Below, one piece after another: positions 9,256-20,730 of a stretch of DNA of 64,000 nt. The position numbers and the translations under genes are program-made. Below the pieces are notes generated by a model, which saw only the letters and a program-made list of their open reading frames with translations, was not told the origin of the DNA and ran no database searches. Source of the DNA: a bacterium (GTDB taxonomy: Bacteria > UBA8248 > JACPRG01 > G963555815); the NCBI GenBank assembly GCA_965261595.1, contig CBDHDG010000006.1, positions 224,001 through 288,000 on the forward strand, given 5' to 3'. How positions within the stretch are numbered: position 1 is the stretch's first letter; each line of letters opens with the position of its first letter.

Positions 9256-12200
9256 CCCGCATTTCCCATATGGATGATAATTTTTAACGCCCCGAAGGCC
9301 GTTTTCTCGTGTAAAATCAAAGTGTTGGCCTCTCCCTGCCATCATCTTGCGAGGGGACCCGATGGGTGAAGCGAAAAAGAGGCCGTTGAGGCTCCAATTC
9401 GACGGTCGGCTCAGGCTGGAGTTTCACGGAGCAAAGGTTACGAGTGACGCCGGTTTGCTTGCCTATCGTGAACTGGATGAGGTGTTGGGGCTGACGAAGG
9501 CGGCCGAGGGGTTTCTGTCCGATTCACGGACGGGCGGGAACACCCGGCACAGCCTCACCGCTTTGGTGCGCCAGTCGGTCTACAGCCGCCTGGCAGGATA
9601 TAAAGACACCAATGATGCCGAGCGGCTCTGTGTCGATCCCGCCATGCGTCAGGTGGTTGGGGGGCGAGCGAAGTATCACACCGCTGCCTCCACCAGCCAG
9701 ATGAGCCGATTCGAGACGCAGACCCTCACCCGGCCCCTTAACCCCTCAAGGCGCTGAGCGGTCTGCCCGGTGTGTTGGTGGATCGTGTCCGCAAACGCAA
9801 GCCGATTCGCAAGCTGATCCTGGACATGGACAGTTCGGTCAGCCCGACCCACGGTGAGCAGGAAGGCTCTTCCTACAACGGCCACTTCGGCTGCACCTGC
9901 TATCACCCACTGTTTTGCTTCAACCAGTTTGGCGATCTGGAGCGGGCGCTGTTGCGCAACGGCAAGGTCCACAGCGCTGATGACTGGTGGTCTGTATTGG
10001 AGCCGGTGGTAGCTCGCTACCGGGATGCGAAGGTCTGTCGGTTTTTTCGAGGCGACGCGGCATTTGCCAAGCCGGAGGTGTACCGATACCTTGAGGCGGA
10101 GGGCTACTCCTATGCGATTCGGCTTCCGGCCAACGCCATCTTGTACAGGGACATCGAATGCCTTCTGACCCGGCCGGTTGGCCGACCGCCCAAAAGGCCC
10201 ATTATCTTCTACCACAGCGTCTCCTATCAGGCGGCTAGTTGGGAGAAGCCTCGCCGGGTGGTGGTGGCGGTCGAGTGGCACCAGGGCGAGTTGTTTCCAA
10301 GAGTCAGCTTCATCGTGACCAACCTGCACTGGCGGGAAGAGAACGTCGTGAGGTTCTACAACCAGCGTGGGACGGCGGAGCAGTGGATCAAGGAGGGCAA
10401 GTACGCCCTGAACTGGACGCGCCTGTCCTGCCACGGCTTTGAAGAGAACCAGGTCCGCTTGCAACTATTTGCCTTGGCGTACAACCTGGCAAACTTCCTG
10501 CGGCGGCTGGCGTTGCCCAGAGCGGTGAAGCACTGGTCGCTGACGACGTTACGCGAGAAGCTGATTAAGATTGGGGCCAAGGTGGTCACCCACGCCCGGC
10601 ACACCACCTTCCAGATGGCCGAGGTGGCCGTGCCGCGTCAACTGTTCAGGGCAATCCTTGAACGAATTCGACGGTTGTGGTTACCGCCTCCCGTACCAGA
10701 TACCGGATGACGGAGCAGATGGCCCGGAAGCTTAGTGACGTGGTGGAGACGGGGGATCAGTCTGTGCCGAACTCCCCTGAGTGTGCCGGTAGAGCTGGGT
10801 TTTCAAGGGATTGCGGCTTTAGGACGGCCGTTGCCCCTCGATTGAGCAGAGGGTTCTGCAAAGAGACCCTGTCCCCCGCTCTAGGGTTTTGTTGGACACT
10901 CGATTGATCCATGATTCATGGAGAAAGGGGTGTCGCGATGAACGAACAAAAGCAAGAGGGGGCTTTGGCGGAGGGCGCCCGCAGGGCGAACGGAGCCAAG
11001 GCCCCAGGGCATCGCAGTGAGCGGGGTCGGTTCTCCTGCCAGCGCAAGCGGGAGGCGGTCCTGCGTCTTTTGCGGGGCGAGAGCCTGGAGACGCTCTGCC
11101 GCGAGTTGGGCACGACAGCGGCTCGGCTTTCCGCCTGGCGCGAGGCGTTCCTTCGCGGGGGCGAGGCGGCGCTCAAAGCCCGCCCGGCGGATGAGCGGGA
11201 CGAGGAGAACGCCCGGCTCAAGGCCAAGGTGGGCGAACTCACGATGGAGGGCGAGGTCCTGCGGGAGAAGATCGACCGCCTGGAGGCCGGCCGCCCTTTA
11301 GCCGGCAGGAGGTGGAGGCGATGAGTCAGGCCCGCTTCACCTCCACGGGCAGAGCCTACGGCCTGAAGCGGGTGTGCGCCCTTTGGGGCTTGGCGCGCTC
11401 CACGGTCTACGCGCAACGGCGGCGAGAGGCGGTCCCCGTTCATGAACGCCCCACGCCCAATAAGCGCGGCCCTGTGGGCCCGTGCACCGATGCGGAACTC
11501 CTCGGCCACATCCGGCAGGTCCTGGAGGACTCTCCCTTCCATGGCGAGGGCTACCGCAAGGTGTGGGCGAGGCTGCGCTTCGCGGGCATCCGCACCAGCA
11601 AGGAGCGGGTGCGTCGCCTGATGCGGGAGGCGGGGCTTCAGGCCCCCCACCGGGTGGGCAAACCCCGAGGTCCCAAGGCCCACAACGGGACCATCCGCAC
11701 CGAGCGGCCCGACCGAATGTGGGGCACGGACATGACGACGACGGTGACCACCGAGGAGGGGATGGCCTCGGTGTTCGTGGCGGTGGATCACTGCTCGGTG
11801 GACTGCGTGGGGATCCATGCGGCCAAGAGCGGCAACCGCTTCGAGGCCCTGGAGCCGATCCGGCAGGGGGTCGCCGAGCGCTTCGCCGGCTTGGAGGCGG
11901 ACGTCGCCGAGGGGCTTAAAGTTCGTCACGACCACGGCCCCGCCTATCTGTCCGATGACTTTCAGCGGGAGATCGCCTACCTGGGCATGACCAGTTCGCC
12001 CAGCTTCGTGCGGGCGCCCGAGGGAAATGGCTACTGTGAGTGGTTTATCCGCATCTTGAAGGAGAATCTCCTGTGGGTGCGCTCTTTCGCCACCGTAGAG
12101 GAACTGCGGTGGGCGCTGCTTGAGTTCAAAAACCTGTACAACCATCATTGGATTCTCGAGGGCTACGGCTACCGAACGCCGGCCCAGGCAAGGCAGGAAA

Positions 12201-12358
12201 AACTCGCTCAAGTTGCGGAGGCCGCATGAGGTCGAATACCCTCACCCGAGTGTCCAATAACCCAGGGGCGGTCCACCTGAATCTGTAGTAAAATGGGGTA
12301 CTTTGATGACACAGGAGGACCGCAGGATGGCTAAGAGTGGTCATCTGGGAAATCCCGG
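9256..12358 (+). mobile_element. IS1380-family element B (frameshifted transposase 9362-10710), with an IS3 copy in its right end
   Basis: Left IR CCCGCATTTCCCATAT, right IR ATCTGGGAAATCCCGG. Same transposase motifs as element A but clearly diverged. Confidence 0.9.
10872..12275 (+). mobile_element. IS3-family element (1404 bp), copy 1
   Basis: orfA HTH 10938-11324 and orfB DDE integrase 11321-12229 (WGTDMT, RHDHG, GNGYCE). Ends TCCCCCGCTCTAGGG / CCCAGGGGCGGTCCA. 4-bp duplication CCTG. Confidence 0.93.
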
Positions 12359-12967
12359 TTTAAATCAAGACAACTCTTGTATTGACCACCCGTTGCTCTT
12401 TAACTCAATTAGAGCCCTCTTTACCGGGGCTGTCAACACCATTTCGGGCGCCTGAAACCCTGATCGGAGCGGTATCCGCCATTGGAAAACCATGTCAGCG
12501 CCGGCGTGTAAACGGGCTTGACCACCAGGTTTGGAGTCTTCGTCATTTTGCCCTTGTGTGGACTCCGCTTAGGGTCGCTAGACAGGCACCGGGCATCATC
12601 GCTTGATTCTCTCCAAGATAAGGGCAAATGTCTTCCTGGATACACCGACCTCGGCCAACTGGAAGGTGATGTGGCGGGCGTACCGCACGAGCCGGCCGCC
12701 CATTTTGAGGAGCTTAAGCTGAAGGCCGCGTAACGACCAGTGCTTGATCCCTCTCGGCAGGCCAGCAATCCCGCATCCGAAGTCATTCTGGTTCCGTGAA
12801 ACTCAAGCCTCAGCCGACGCTCAAAACGGACCTTCAACGCCCACTTTTTCGCTTCACCCATTGGATTACCCCGCGAGAGGATGGCTCGGGGAGGCTCATG
12901 CATTGATTTTACTCCAGAAAATGTCCTCCGGTCCGACAAAAGTTATGATCCATATGGGATATCTGGG
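12359..12967 (-). mobile_element. Internally deleted IS1380 derivative (MITE-like), right IR missing
   Basis: Left end CCCAGATATCCCATATGG. Transposase N-terminus (MGEAKK...[11 protein letters not shown]) fused directly to the C-terminus (KHWSLRGLQLKLLKMGGR...FQLAEV). Confidence 0.85.
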
Positions 12968-13189
12968 GTGACTTGTCCCTGGCACGGGGCCCGGTTCAAC
13001 ATCGAGAGCGGCGATGCCCTCAGCGCCCCCGCCCCGTCCGGCGTCTCGTGCTACCCGGTCCGCCTGGAGGGCGACGACATCTTGATCGAAGTCTGAAATA
13101 AAATCCGCAGGGGGGGGGATTCGGGCCGGCTCTACAGGACCAGCCCTTGCCGGCGCGCCCGGATGGGGAGGGCCGTCACGGGAGAACCC

Positions 13190-13315
13190 ATGAACAATCG
13201 GGATCCGCAAATCGCTCGAAATTATCACGAGGGGACCAAACACTCCGTACAGAGCATCCGGGCGGACCCCCATCCCCTCGACTGGGAAAACCATCCGCTG
13301 CCTTTCAAGGTGTAT
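13190..13315 (+). pseudogene. 5' fragment of a SagB/ThcOx-type nitroreductase-fold protein
   Basis: MNNRDPQIARNYHEGTKHS...LDWENHPLPFKVY matches the YH..TKH...LDW.N.P.PFK N-terminus of this family. Truncated. Confidence 0.65.
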
Positions 13316-13631
13316 CCGGGATTACAAGTATTCCTTGCTTCCCAACACGCCCAAATTCGTTGAATGGTGCGATTTTAAGGTCAAGAAATCCAAGAAACTC
13401 GCCCAACCCCGCAGGATTGCCTGTGGCAACTTCGCCCGTTCAATCTTCTACATGCACAGGGAGTATGGGCTGCCCGTTCCTCAAATTATGAAAGGGCTAC
13501 TTCTCAGATGGAACCGCGCAGATCGCGTTAGCCGCCATGAAAGGAGACGAAATAACGCCATAGAACGGCTTCAGGGCACACGCAATCCGTTCATTGACAA
13601 TCCACGCTTAGCAAACAGCCTGGGCTTTTGA
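13316..13631 (+). pseudogene. 3' fragment of endonuclease I (EndA/Dns family)
   Basis: CDFKV...QPRRIACGNFARSIFYM..EYGL...LLLRW...ERRRNNAIERLQGTRNPFIDNP is the endonuclease I C-terminus. No start. Confidence 0.75.
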
Positions 13632-13739
13632 AGGCCATCGGAATCGGGCTGTAGGAATTGGCCTGGATTACGGCTCGACGGGATGTAAAGAGGCCGTGAA
13701 CCCGTGGTGAGATCAGGCTTTCGTCAGGTCACAAGAGGG

Positions 13740-13865
13740 TGTAAACGGCGGTGTAAAACTGTCCCACTGAGGCGGTCGGATATTCTGGCCGCGGCGGTCT
13801 AAAAGTGGACCGCTCTTTGGTCTTCCTTCAGGTTTGCAGGATACGACCTGAAGGGCGGATGGGAG
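13740..13865 (+). mobile_element. IS21-family terminal remnant
   Basis: TGTAAACGGCGGTGTAAAACTGTCCCAC, with internal repeated GGCGGT..AAAA.TG motifs typical of IS21 ends. Confidence 0.6.
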
Positions 13866-15025
13866 TGGAGTTGACCCGGTTTGGTGGACACCTGATGATT
13901 TGGGGGTAAAGGAGGTGTTCACGATGCCACAGACTCACCCACGCTATCCAATGGAGTTCCGCTGCCAGATGGTAGAGTTGGTCCGGGCGGGACGCACGCC
14001 CGAGGCGCTGGCGCACGAGTTCGAGCCCTCGGCGCAGACGATCCGCACCTGGGCCCATCAAGCCGACGTTGACGAGGGGCGTCGCAAAGACGGGCTCACG
14101 AGCGATGAGCGGGAGGAGTTGCGCCGACTTCGCCGCGAGAACCGACAGCTCCGCCAGGAGCGGGAGATCTTAGCAAAAGCCGCGGCCTGGTTTGCTCGGG
14201 AGACCGATTCGATCCCGTCCGGATCTACGGGTTCGTGAGGGCGAACCAGGCCATGTATCGGACCGCCACCATGTGCCGGGTGCTGGGCGTCTCCTCCAGC
14301 GGCTACTACGCGTGGCGCAGGCGCGCGCCGTGTGCCCGCTCGTGTGCCGATCGGGCGCTCACCAAACGCATTCAGGCGATCCACGAGCGTTCTCGGGGGA
14401 CTTACGGCGTGCCGCGCGTCCATGCCGAGTTGGAGGCTGAGGGAGTGCGTGTGGGCCGCAAGCGCGTCGCCAGGCTGATGCGTGGGGCGGGACTTGCGGG
14501 CGTCAGTCGGCGCAAGGGAGCGCGCACGACGCAGCGCCGGCAGGAGGCGCGGCCGGCCCCTGATCTGGTGGACCGCAACTTCACGGCCGAGGCCCCCGAC
14601 CGGCTGTGGGTGGCCGACATCACCTACGTTCCGACATGGGCGGGGTTTTTGTATCTGGCCGTGGCGCTCGATGCGTTCAGCCGGCGCATCGTGGGGTGGT
14701 CGATGGCCACACACCTGCGGGCCGAGTTGGTGCTCGACGCGCTCGACATGGCGCTGTATAAGCGCCGTCCCCGGGCCGTCATCCACCACTCCGACCAGGG
14801 CACGCAGTACACCTCGGTCGCCTTTGGGCAGCGCTGCCGGCAGGCGGGCGGGCGTCCCTCCATGGGTTCGGTCGGGGACTGCTACGACAACGCGCTGTGT
14901 GAGAGCTTTTTCGCCACGCTGGAGTGCGAGCTCCTCGCTCGCCACAGTTTCCGCACCCGGGCCGAGGCGCGCATGGAGGTGTTCGGGTTCATCGAGGGCT
15001 TCTACAACCCGCATCGTCGGCACTC
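13866..15025 (+). mobile_element. Second IS3-family element, 3'-truncated by IS3 copy 2
   Basis: IRL TGGAGTTGACCCGGTTTGGTGGACACC, orfA 13924-14238, orfB WVADITY...HHSDQG...DNALCESFF, cut at HRRHS. Confidence 0.88.
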
Positions 15026-16429
15026 TGGACCGCCCCTGGGTTATTGGACACTCGGGTGAGGGTATTCGACCTCATGCGGCCTCCGCAACTTGAGCGAGTT
15101 TTTCCTGCCTTGCCTGGGCCGGCGTTCGGTAGCCGTAGCCCTCGAGAATCCAATGATGGTTATACAGGTTCTTGAACTCAAGCAGCGCCCACCGCAGTTC
15201 CTCTACGGTGGCGAAAGAGCGCACCCACAGGAGATTCTCCTTCAAGATGCGGATGAACCACTCACAGTAGCCATTTCCCTCGGGCGCCCGCACGAAGCTG
15301 GGCGAACTGGTCATGCCCAGGTAGGCGATCTCCCGCTGAAAGTCATCGGACAGATAGGCGGGGCCGTGGTCGTGACGAACTTTAAGCCCCTCGGCGACGT
15401 CCGCCTCCAAGCCGGCGAAGCGCTCGGCGACCCCCTGCCGGATCGGCTCCAGGGCCTCGAAGCGGTTGCCGCTCTTGGCCGCATGGATCCCCACGCAGTC
15501 CACCGAGCAGTGATCCACCGCCACGAACACCGAGGCCATCCCCTCCTCGGTGGTCACCGTCGTCGTCATGTCCGTGCCCCACATTCGGTCGGGCCGCTCG
15601 GTGCGGATGGTCCCGTTGTGGGCCTTGGGACCTCGGGGTTTGCCCACCCGGTGGGGGGCCTGAAGCCCCGCCTCCCGCATCAGGCGACGCACCCGCTCCT
15701 TGCTGGTGCGGATGCCCGCGAAGCGCAGCCTCGCCCACACCTTGCGGTAGCCCTCGCCATGGAAGGGAGAGTCCTCCAGGACCTGCCGGATGTGGCCGAG
15801 GAGTTCCGCATCGGTGCACGGGCCCACAGGGCCGCGCTTATTGGGCGTGGGGCGTTCATGAACGGGGACCGCCTCTCGCCGCCGTTGCGCGTAGACCGTG
15901 GAGCGCGCCAAGCCCCAAAGGGCGCACACCCGCTTCAGGCCGTAGGCTCTGCCCGTGGAGGTGAAGCGGGCCTGACTCATCGCCTCCACCTCCTGCCGGC
16001 TAAAGGGCGGCCGGCCTCCAGGCGGTCGATCTTCTCCCGCAGGACCTCGCCCTCCATCGTGAGTTCGCCCACCTTGGCCTTGAGCCGGGCGTTCTCCTCG
16101 TCCCGCTCATCCGCCGGGCGGGCTTTGAGCGCCGCCTCGCCCCCGCGAAGGAACGCCTCGCGCCAGGCGGAAAGCCGAACCGCTGTCGTGCCCAACTCGC
16201 GGCAGAGCGTCTCCAGGCTCTCGCCCCGCAAAAGACGCAGGACCGCCTCCCGCTTGCGCTGGCAGGAGAACCGACCCCGCTCACTGCGATGCCCTGGGGC
16301 CTTGGCTCCGTTCGCCCTGCGGGCGCCCTCCGCCAAAGCCCCCTCTTGCTTTTGTTCGTTCATCGCGACACCCCTTTCTCCATGAATCATGGATCAATCG
16401 AGTGTCCAACAAAACCCTAGAGCGGGGGA
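15026..16429 (-). mobile_element. IS3-family element (1404 bp), copy 2
   Basis: Near-identical to copy 1, inverted. Flanks ACTC / AGAT do not match. Confidence 0.93.
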
Positions 16430-16607
16430 AGATGCGGGTTCCGGGCGGGGGGTGTTGAGGGGTGTCGCCGAAGCGACTGTGCAGGCGGTTGTACTCGTAC
16501 ACCATAATGTCTTCGGCTTCGAGCAGGAGCCGCGTGCCTTCGTCCAAGTTGACTCGCGCAGCATCCTAAAGGTTCTTCATTGATTTCTCAGACAGGTGGA
16601 AAGACGA

Positions 16608-17323
16608 ATGAACAGCAAACAGGTTTACGAACTCCCTGGAATCGACGTTAAAAGAAGCGAATTCTATAAAAAATCGCGGAGAATGACTCATCTAGGAAAC
16701 AACTCGAGGAGTTTGTCATTCCTAAGGAGACCGGCAAGGCCTTCGTTGTGAAGAAAGGGCAGATCCTACGGGTAATCGAGATTGATGGTCCTCAGGTGGC
16801 AGATTTCAATGCTTTTAATAAGGAGGCCCCTCGAGAGATGTTCTGGTCTGGAAGAACTCGAATCTTTCACGGGGCTCATCTTACAGTAGGGAATCAGCTT
16901 TGGAGTACACCTCCGAATATGCGTCCAATGTTCACAATTATTTCTGACACCGTCGATCACAAGCCCCTCCCTCACGGTGCCGCCTCACACGATTTGCTAT
17001 ATCAGAGGTGCAATGAAAGGTTCTTTGAGGTTATGACAGGCGAGAAAGATTGTCCCAACTGCCAGGACAACATGGCGCGCGCGGTAGAAGATTTTGGCCT
17101 CACCCCTGATTATATTCATGACGCCTTCAACCTTTCCATGGCGACAGGAATCGACGACAATGATCGACTCTTTTATCTCGAACCTGATGCCAAGAAGGGA
17201 GATTACATGGAATTGCATGCTGAGTTTGACTGCATCGTTGCCATTTCGGTGTGCCCAGAGGATTGTAGTGGACCGCAGAACAAGGCAATAGGGGTGAAAA
17301 TCTTCAATGGCCCGGGCCGCTAG
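16608..17323 (+). CDS. Urea carboxylase-associated (DUF1989) family protein; frameshift in the A-run near 16670
   Basis: AFVVKKGQILRVIEIDGPQVADFNAF, HDLLYQRC, CQDN, GDYMELHAEFDCIVAISVCP. The N-terminus joins if one A is added at TATAAAAAATC. Confidence 0.8.
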
Positions 17324-17376
17324 AGGTGTCTCACGTCCGTCAGACGATTGAGACACCACAAGTGGTCTCCCAACAA

Positions 17377-17949
17377 TTAGGGATGAGAAATCTTTGGCTT
17401 GTTTGGAGGAAAGAAAAAGATCTTTCCGGTGTCCCCAGTGATAAGTGTCCGCGTCTTTCCAGCTTTGTCGTATAGTTCAATACTGCCACCTCCCCCATAG
17501 AGCAAAATCCGCATCTTTCCGGCTTTGTTGTATGCTCTGATCATGCCACGTTCCCCCTGGATACAAATCCGCATCTTTCCGGCTGAGTCTTTTACTTTGA
17601 TAGTGCAACCAAACAAACTGAACGTGATCCGCTCCTTTCCGGCGTGGTCATATACTCTGACATTGCCACTTGACCCACCGAGCCTAACCCGCGTCTTTCC
17701 GGCTGAATCTTTCGCGTAGAGAGTGCCACTGTTACCATGGAGACTAAGCCGCTTCTTTCCGGCTTTATCCTTTAGGAAAATCGAACTCGTCGTGATGCTC
17801 GATGGGCTGATGGCGCCCGTATACGCCACCGTCCAGCCCGCCGTACCGGCGACAACGGCAAAAAGAGTCAGGGTGCCTACCCCCACGAGGGTATTGCCCA
17901 GCCTTTTACACCTTTTCTCCAGCGCTTCGATTCGTTGCTCGATTGTCAT
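17377..17949 (-). CDS. Membrane-anchored protein with six 20-aa beta-repeat units (D.AGK.R.)
   Basis: N-terminal IEQRIEALEKR helix and TM segment, then an exact 60-nt period (CTTTCC at ~17455, 17515, 17575, 17635, 17695, 17755). Confidence 0.7.
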   Translation of the reverse strand: MTIEQRIEALEKRCKRLGNTLVGVGTLTLFAVVAGTAGWTVAYTGAISPSSITTSSIFLKDKAGKKRLSLHGNSGTLYAKDSAGKTRVRLGGSSGNVRVYDHAGKERITFSLFGCTIKVKDSAGKMRICIQGERGMIRAYNKAGKMRILLYGGGGSIELYDKAGKTRTLITGDTGKIFFFPPNKPKISHP

Positions 17950-18019
17950 CGGGTTTTCTCCCATTTGGACCTGCGAGAATGACGGGGAAGGTTGGTTGTC
18001 GGGATTGGCAAAGGGTAAT

Positions 18020-20256
18020 TTAAGGAGCCTTGGCGCAACGGAAACTCAAGAAGTTATACCTGCTGTGGGCTTGCTGCCAGTTCCGGGTCGTCGCGCGAAA
18101 CCACGATTTGCCGTAAATGTTCTTGTATGCTCCCCACGAGCCACCACGGACTACCCGCCTGTTGCCCAAGGATGGCCCCTTCGGGTTGCGATTCGGGGCA
18201 TTGCGGTAATAATCCTTTCGATACCAGTCCGCCAGCCACTCCCACGTGTTCCCCACAAGGTCCACCGCTCCATATGGACTCCGGTGGGTGTTGTACGTCC
18301 GGTCTACGGCGTGCGTCCGCTTGCCGCTGTTCTCCCTCAGATCATCTTCGAGCCGTCCCACTGATTGCCCCAGGGATACTTCCGGCCGTCCACGCCACGA
18401 GCTGCCTTCTCCCGCTCGGCCTCCGTCGGAAGGCGTTTGCCGACGGAGGCGCAATAATCCCGCGCCTGGAACCACGTCACGCCCACGACAGGCTGGCGGG
18501 CCTCGTTGAACTTCGCACCTGCATCGTAGTCCGGCCTTCCGAACCTCCGGAACCGGCTGTTCGTCACCGGATACTTGTCGATGTAGAAAGCATCCAGGTA
18601 CACTCGCCGGCGGGGCTTCTCGTCATTGTTCCCCCTCTCGCTCCCCATGACGAACCAACCCGCAGGGACCTTGACCATCCCGGGAGGGATCGGCGCCACG
18701 GAAAGGACGGCCATCAGCCGGTTGCTCCGACGGACGGAGATGTTCATCTTCCGCTCGAACTTCTTGTAGCCCGGCTTCACGACGCGGATCACCCTTGCCC
18801 CTCCGGGAACCGAGGCAATCAGGGGCGTCCTCCCCACCCTCTCCTTGCCCACGAAGACGTCCGCCTCCAAGGGATCGGAGACGACCTTCAACCGGCCCTT
18901 CAGGACTTCAAGCTTGAGCTTCGCACGGTTGATCACTCCCCGCCGGACGCTCACGGTCGTCGAGGCCACCATGTAATCGCCCTTTCGGGTGTTCACGCGT
19001 CGGTCCCCCGTCGAAATCCCCTCCAGAAGGACCGGCGTCTCTTTCCCCGTGTCTCGGCCGTCGATGAAAACCCGCGCACCGATGGGATCGGAGCTTACGT
19101 AAAGATCGGCCTTGGGAATGGAGGCCACAGGGGGCTGGACCAAAGGACGCGGCTTCACGGTGACGGGAACGGGCGGTGGACCGTCTGTCCGACGACTTTC
19201 AATCCCGGGAGCGGTGAACACAAACTGACCCACGCCCTCCATCTTCGCGAAGATCGGCGTCTGCTTCCCCCGGGTTATCGCCGTCACCTGCCCCTGGACG
19301 TACGCTGCAAGTTCCATCGCCGTCAGGACGCCGTCCTTCGGGCTCACGTCCGCCTCGCCGTCAAGACCCTCCAGGAGCCTGCGGGTGAACAGCCCGTGCC
19401 CCGCCTCCTCCCAGGCCCTCTGGTCCCGGTCGCCCGCCGTGAGGACTTGACGGAGCCGGCCCCGCGTGAGACGTGCGACGGTCTCGGCCTTGTAGCGCTT
19501 GGGCGTCTCACGGGCGGCCATCAGACCCGCGAAGCAGGCATCGATGGCGAAGAAGACGTGCTTGGCGGGAATCAGCCGCGCCATGTTGCAGAACTGGTTC
19601 ATGGGGATTCCCGTCGCCAGAAGGGCCTCCACCGTCCCCTCTACCGGGATGAGATAACCCATCTGCCCGCCGCCCGGTATGTCGACCGTGGTGCCGTGGC
19701 CCGCGAAGAAGATGAACACCCGGTCCTCAGGCTTCGTGTTCAGCCTCAAACGGTCAAAGGCCTGCCGGACGGCGAGCCCCGTCGCCTGGCCGTCTTCCAA
19801 CAGCGTGATGCGATTTTGTGAAAAGCCAACCTTCCTGAGGGCGGAAACGATAGAGCGGGCATCGTTGACGGCGTAGCTCAGGCGGAGGGATCGCTTCCTG
19901 TAACGGTTGATCCCCACCACCAGCGCCCAGGAGTCGCCGTAAGGCCGGGAGGCCGATGGGGTGGGACCCAAAGGAACGACGCCAATCGTCCGCTTACCGG
20001 AGACCTCGACGAGAGACTTGAAGACCCAGCCCTCCCGGCCCGTCTCCAGCAGGATCTTGAACCAGTCGCCCTGGCGGGCCTCGATGGGGAAGTTATCGGC
20101 TTTTTGGACCCTTCCGATCACGGGGTAGGACTTGCCAGGCCCGGAGCGCACGTTTCCCCGTTGGACCTTGACCGTCAGCGTCTGGGCGAACAGGGAGGGA
20201 GCAATAAGGACTGAGGCCAGAACGGCAATCAGGACGGTGCGCCAAGTTGGTCTCAT
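18020..20256 (-). CDS. Secreted SH3b - caspase (C14) - PEGA x2 - FGE/SUMF1 multidomain protein; 1-nt deletion near 18338
   Basis: Signal peptide, NVRSGPG, ALVVGINRY, FAGHG and DACFAG dyad, VSSDPIGARVFIDG, FVMGS..DEKP, RLPTEAE.EKAARG. GNTWEW...RGGSW continues in the 18020-18475 frame (ATC TG[G] AGG GAG). Confidence 0.85.
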
Positions 20257-20444
20257 AGCTGGCCACCCGCAGCTCATTTGATGTGGCGATCGGGGAATTG
20301 ATCCATGACAGAGAAAAAGTTAGCACATTCCGGGGCCGAGAAGGATGTGAAATCACCCAAAAAAGGGTTGCCGTACTCCCGATTTACTCCCGTCAGCCAG
20401 CCCCACCATTCTAACTATCTGGAAAATAACAAGTTATAATTTGA

Positions 20445-20531
20445 TGGTGCCGAAGGGGAGACTCGAACTCCCACGAGGTTTCCCCCACTAGACCCTGAAC
20501 CTAGCGCGTCTACCAGTTCCGCCACTTCGGC
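20445..20531 (-). tRNA. tRNA-Leu(CAG)
   Basis: GCCGAAGTGGCGGAACTGGTAGACGCGCTAGGTTCAGGGTCTAG...GGGAGTTCGAGTCTCCCCTTCGGCACCA: long variable arm, encoded CCA. Confidence 0.97.
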
Positions 20532-20730
20532 ACCTGAAAATCGAAACCAAGCGAAGAACCCGCCCACCCTCGGGTCACCCGACGCGAACTCCCGACGGAA
20601 CCCGCTGAATCGACAGTAAACCATGAAGAAATATAGCACCTGCGGATCGACCCGACAAGGGGGGGGCCTCCGAATCACGAAGGACGGGCGCGGGAGCCAA
20701 TTTCCCCCTCTCCCCCCTCCCTCCCCCAGC

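Larger units (their letters stand above)
9071..13096 (+). pseudogene. Rieske [2Fe-2S] ferredoxin interrupted by a 3.7-kb composite insertion (halves 9071-9255 and 12968-13096)
   Basis: 5' half has CTH (DSCTHKGGPLSEG), 3' half has CPWH (TCPWHGARFNIESG). They rejoin in frame across the GTGAC duplication. Confidence 0.9.

Noticed and set aside
16430..16600. Integrase-like remnant (YEYNRLHSRFG.TP on minus strand)
   Set aside because: Too short and degenerate to call.
17420..17770. 60-nt periodic repeat as a CRISPR array
   Set aside because: The conserved part is only ~12 nt, the period is a multiple of 3, it lies in an open frame with conserved amino acids, and there are no cas genes.
18020..18200. 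Diversity-generating retroelement target
   Set aside because: No reverse transcriptase or template repeat in the window.
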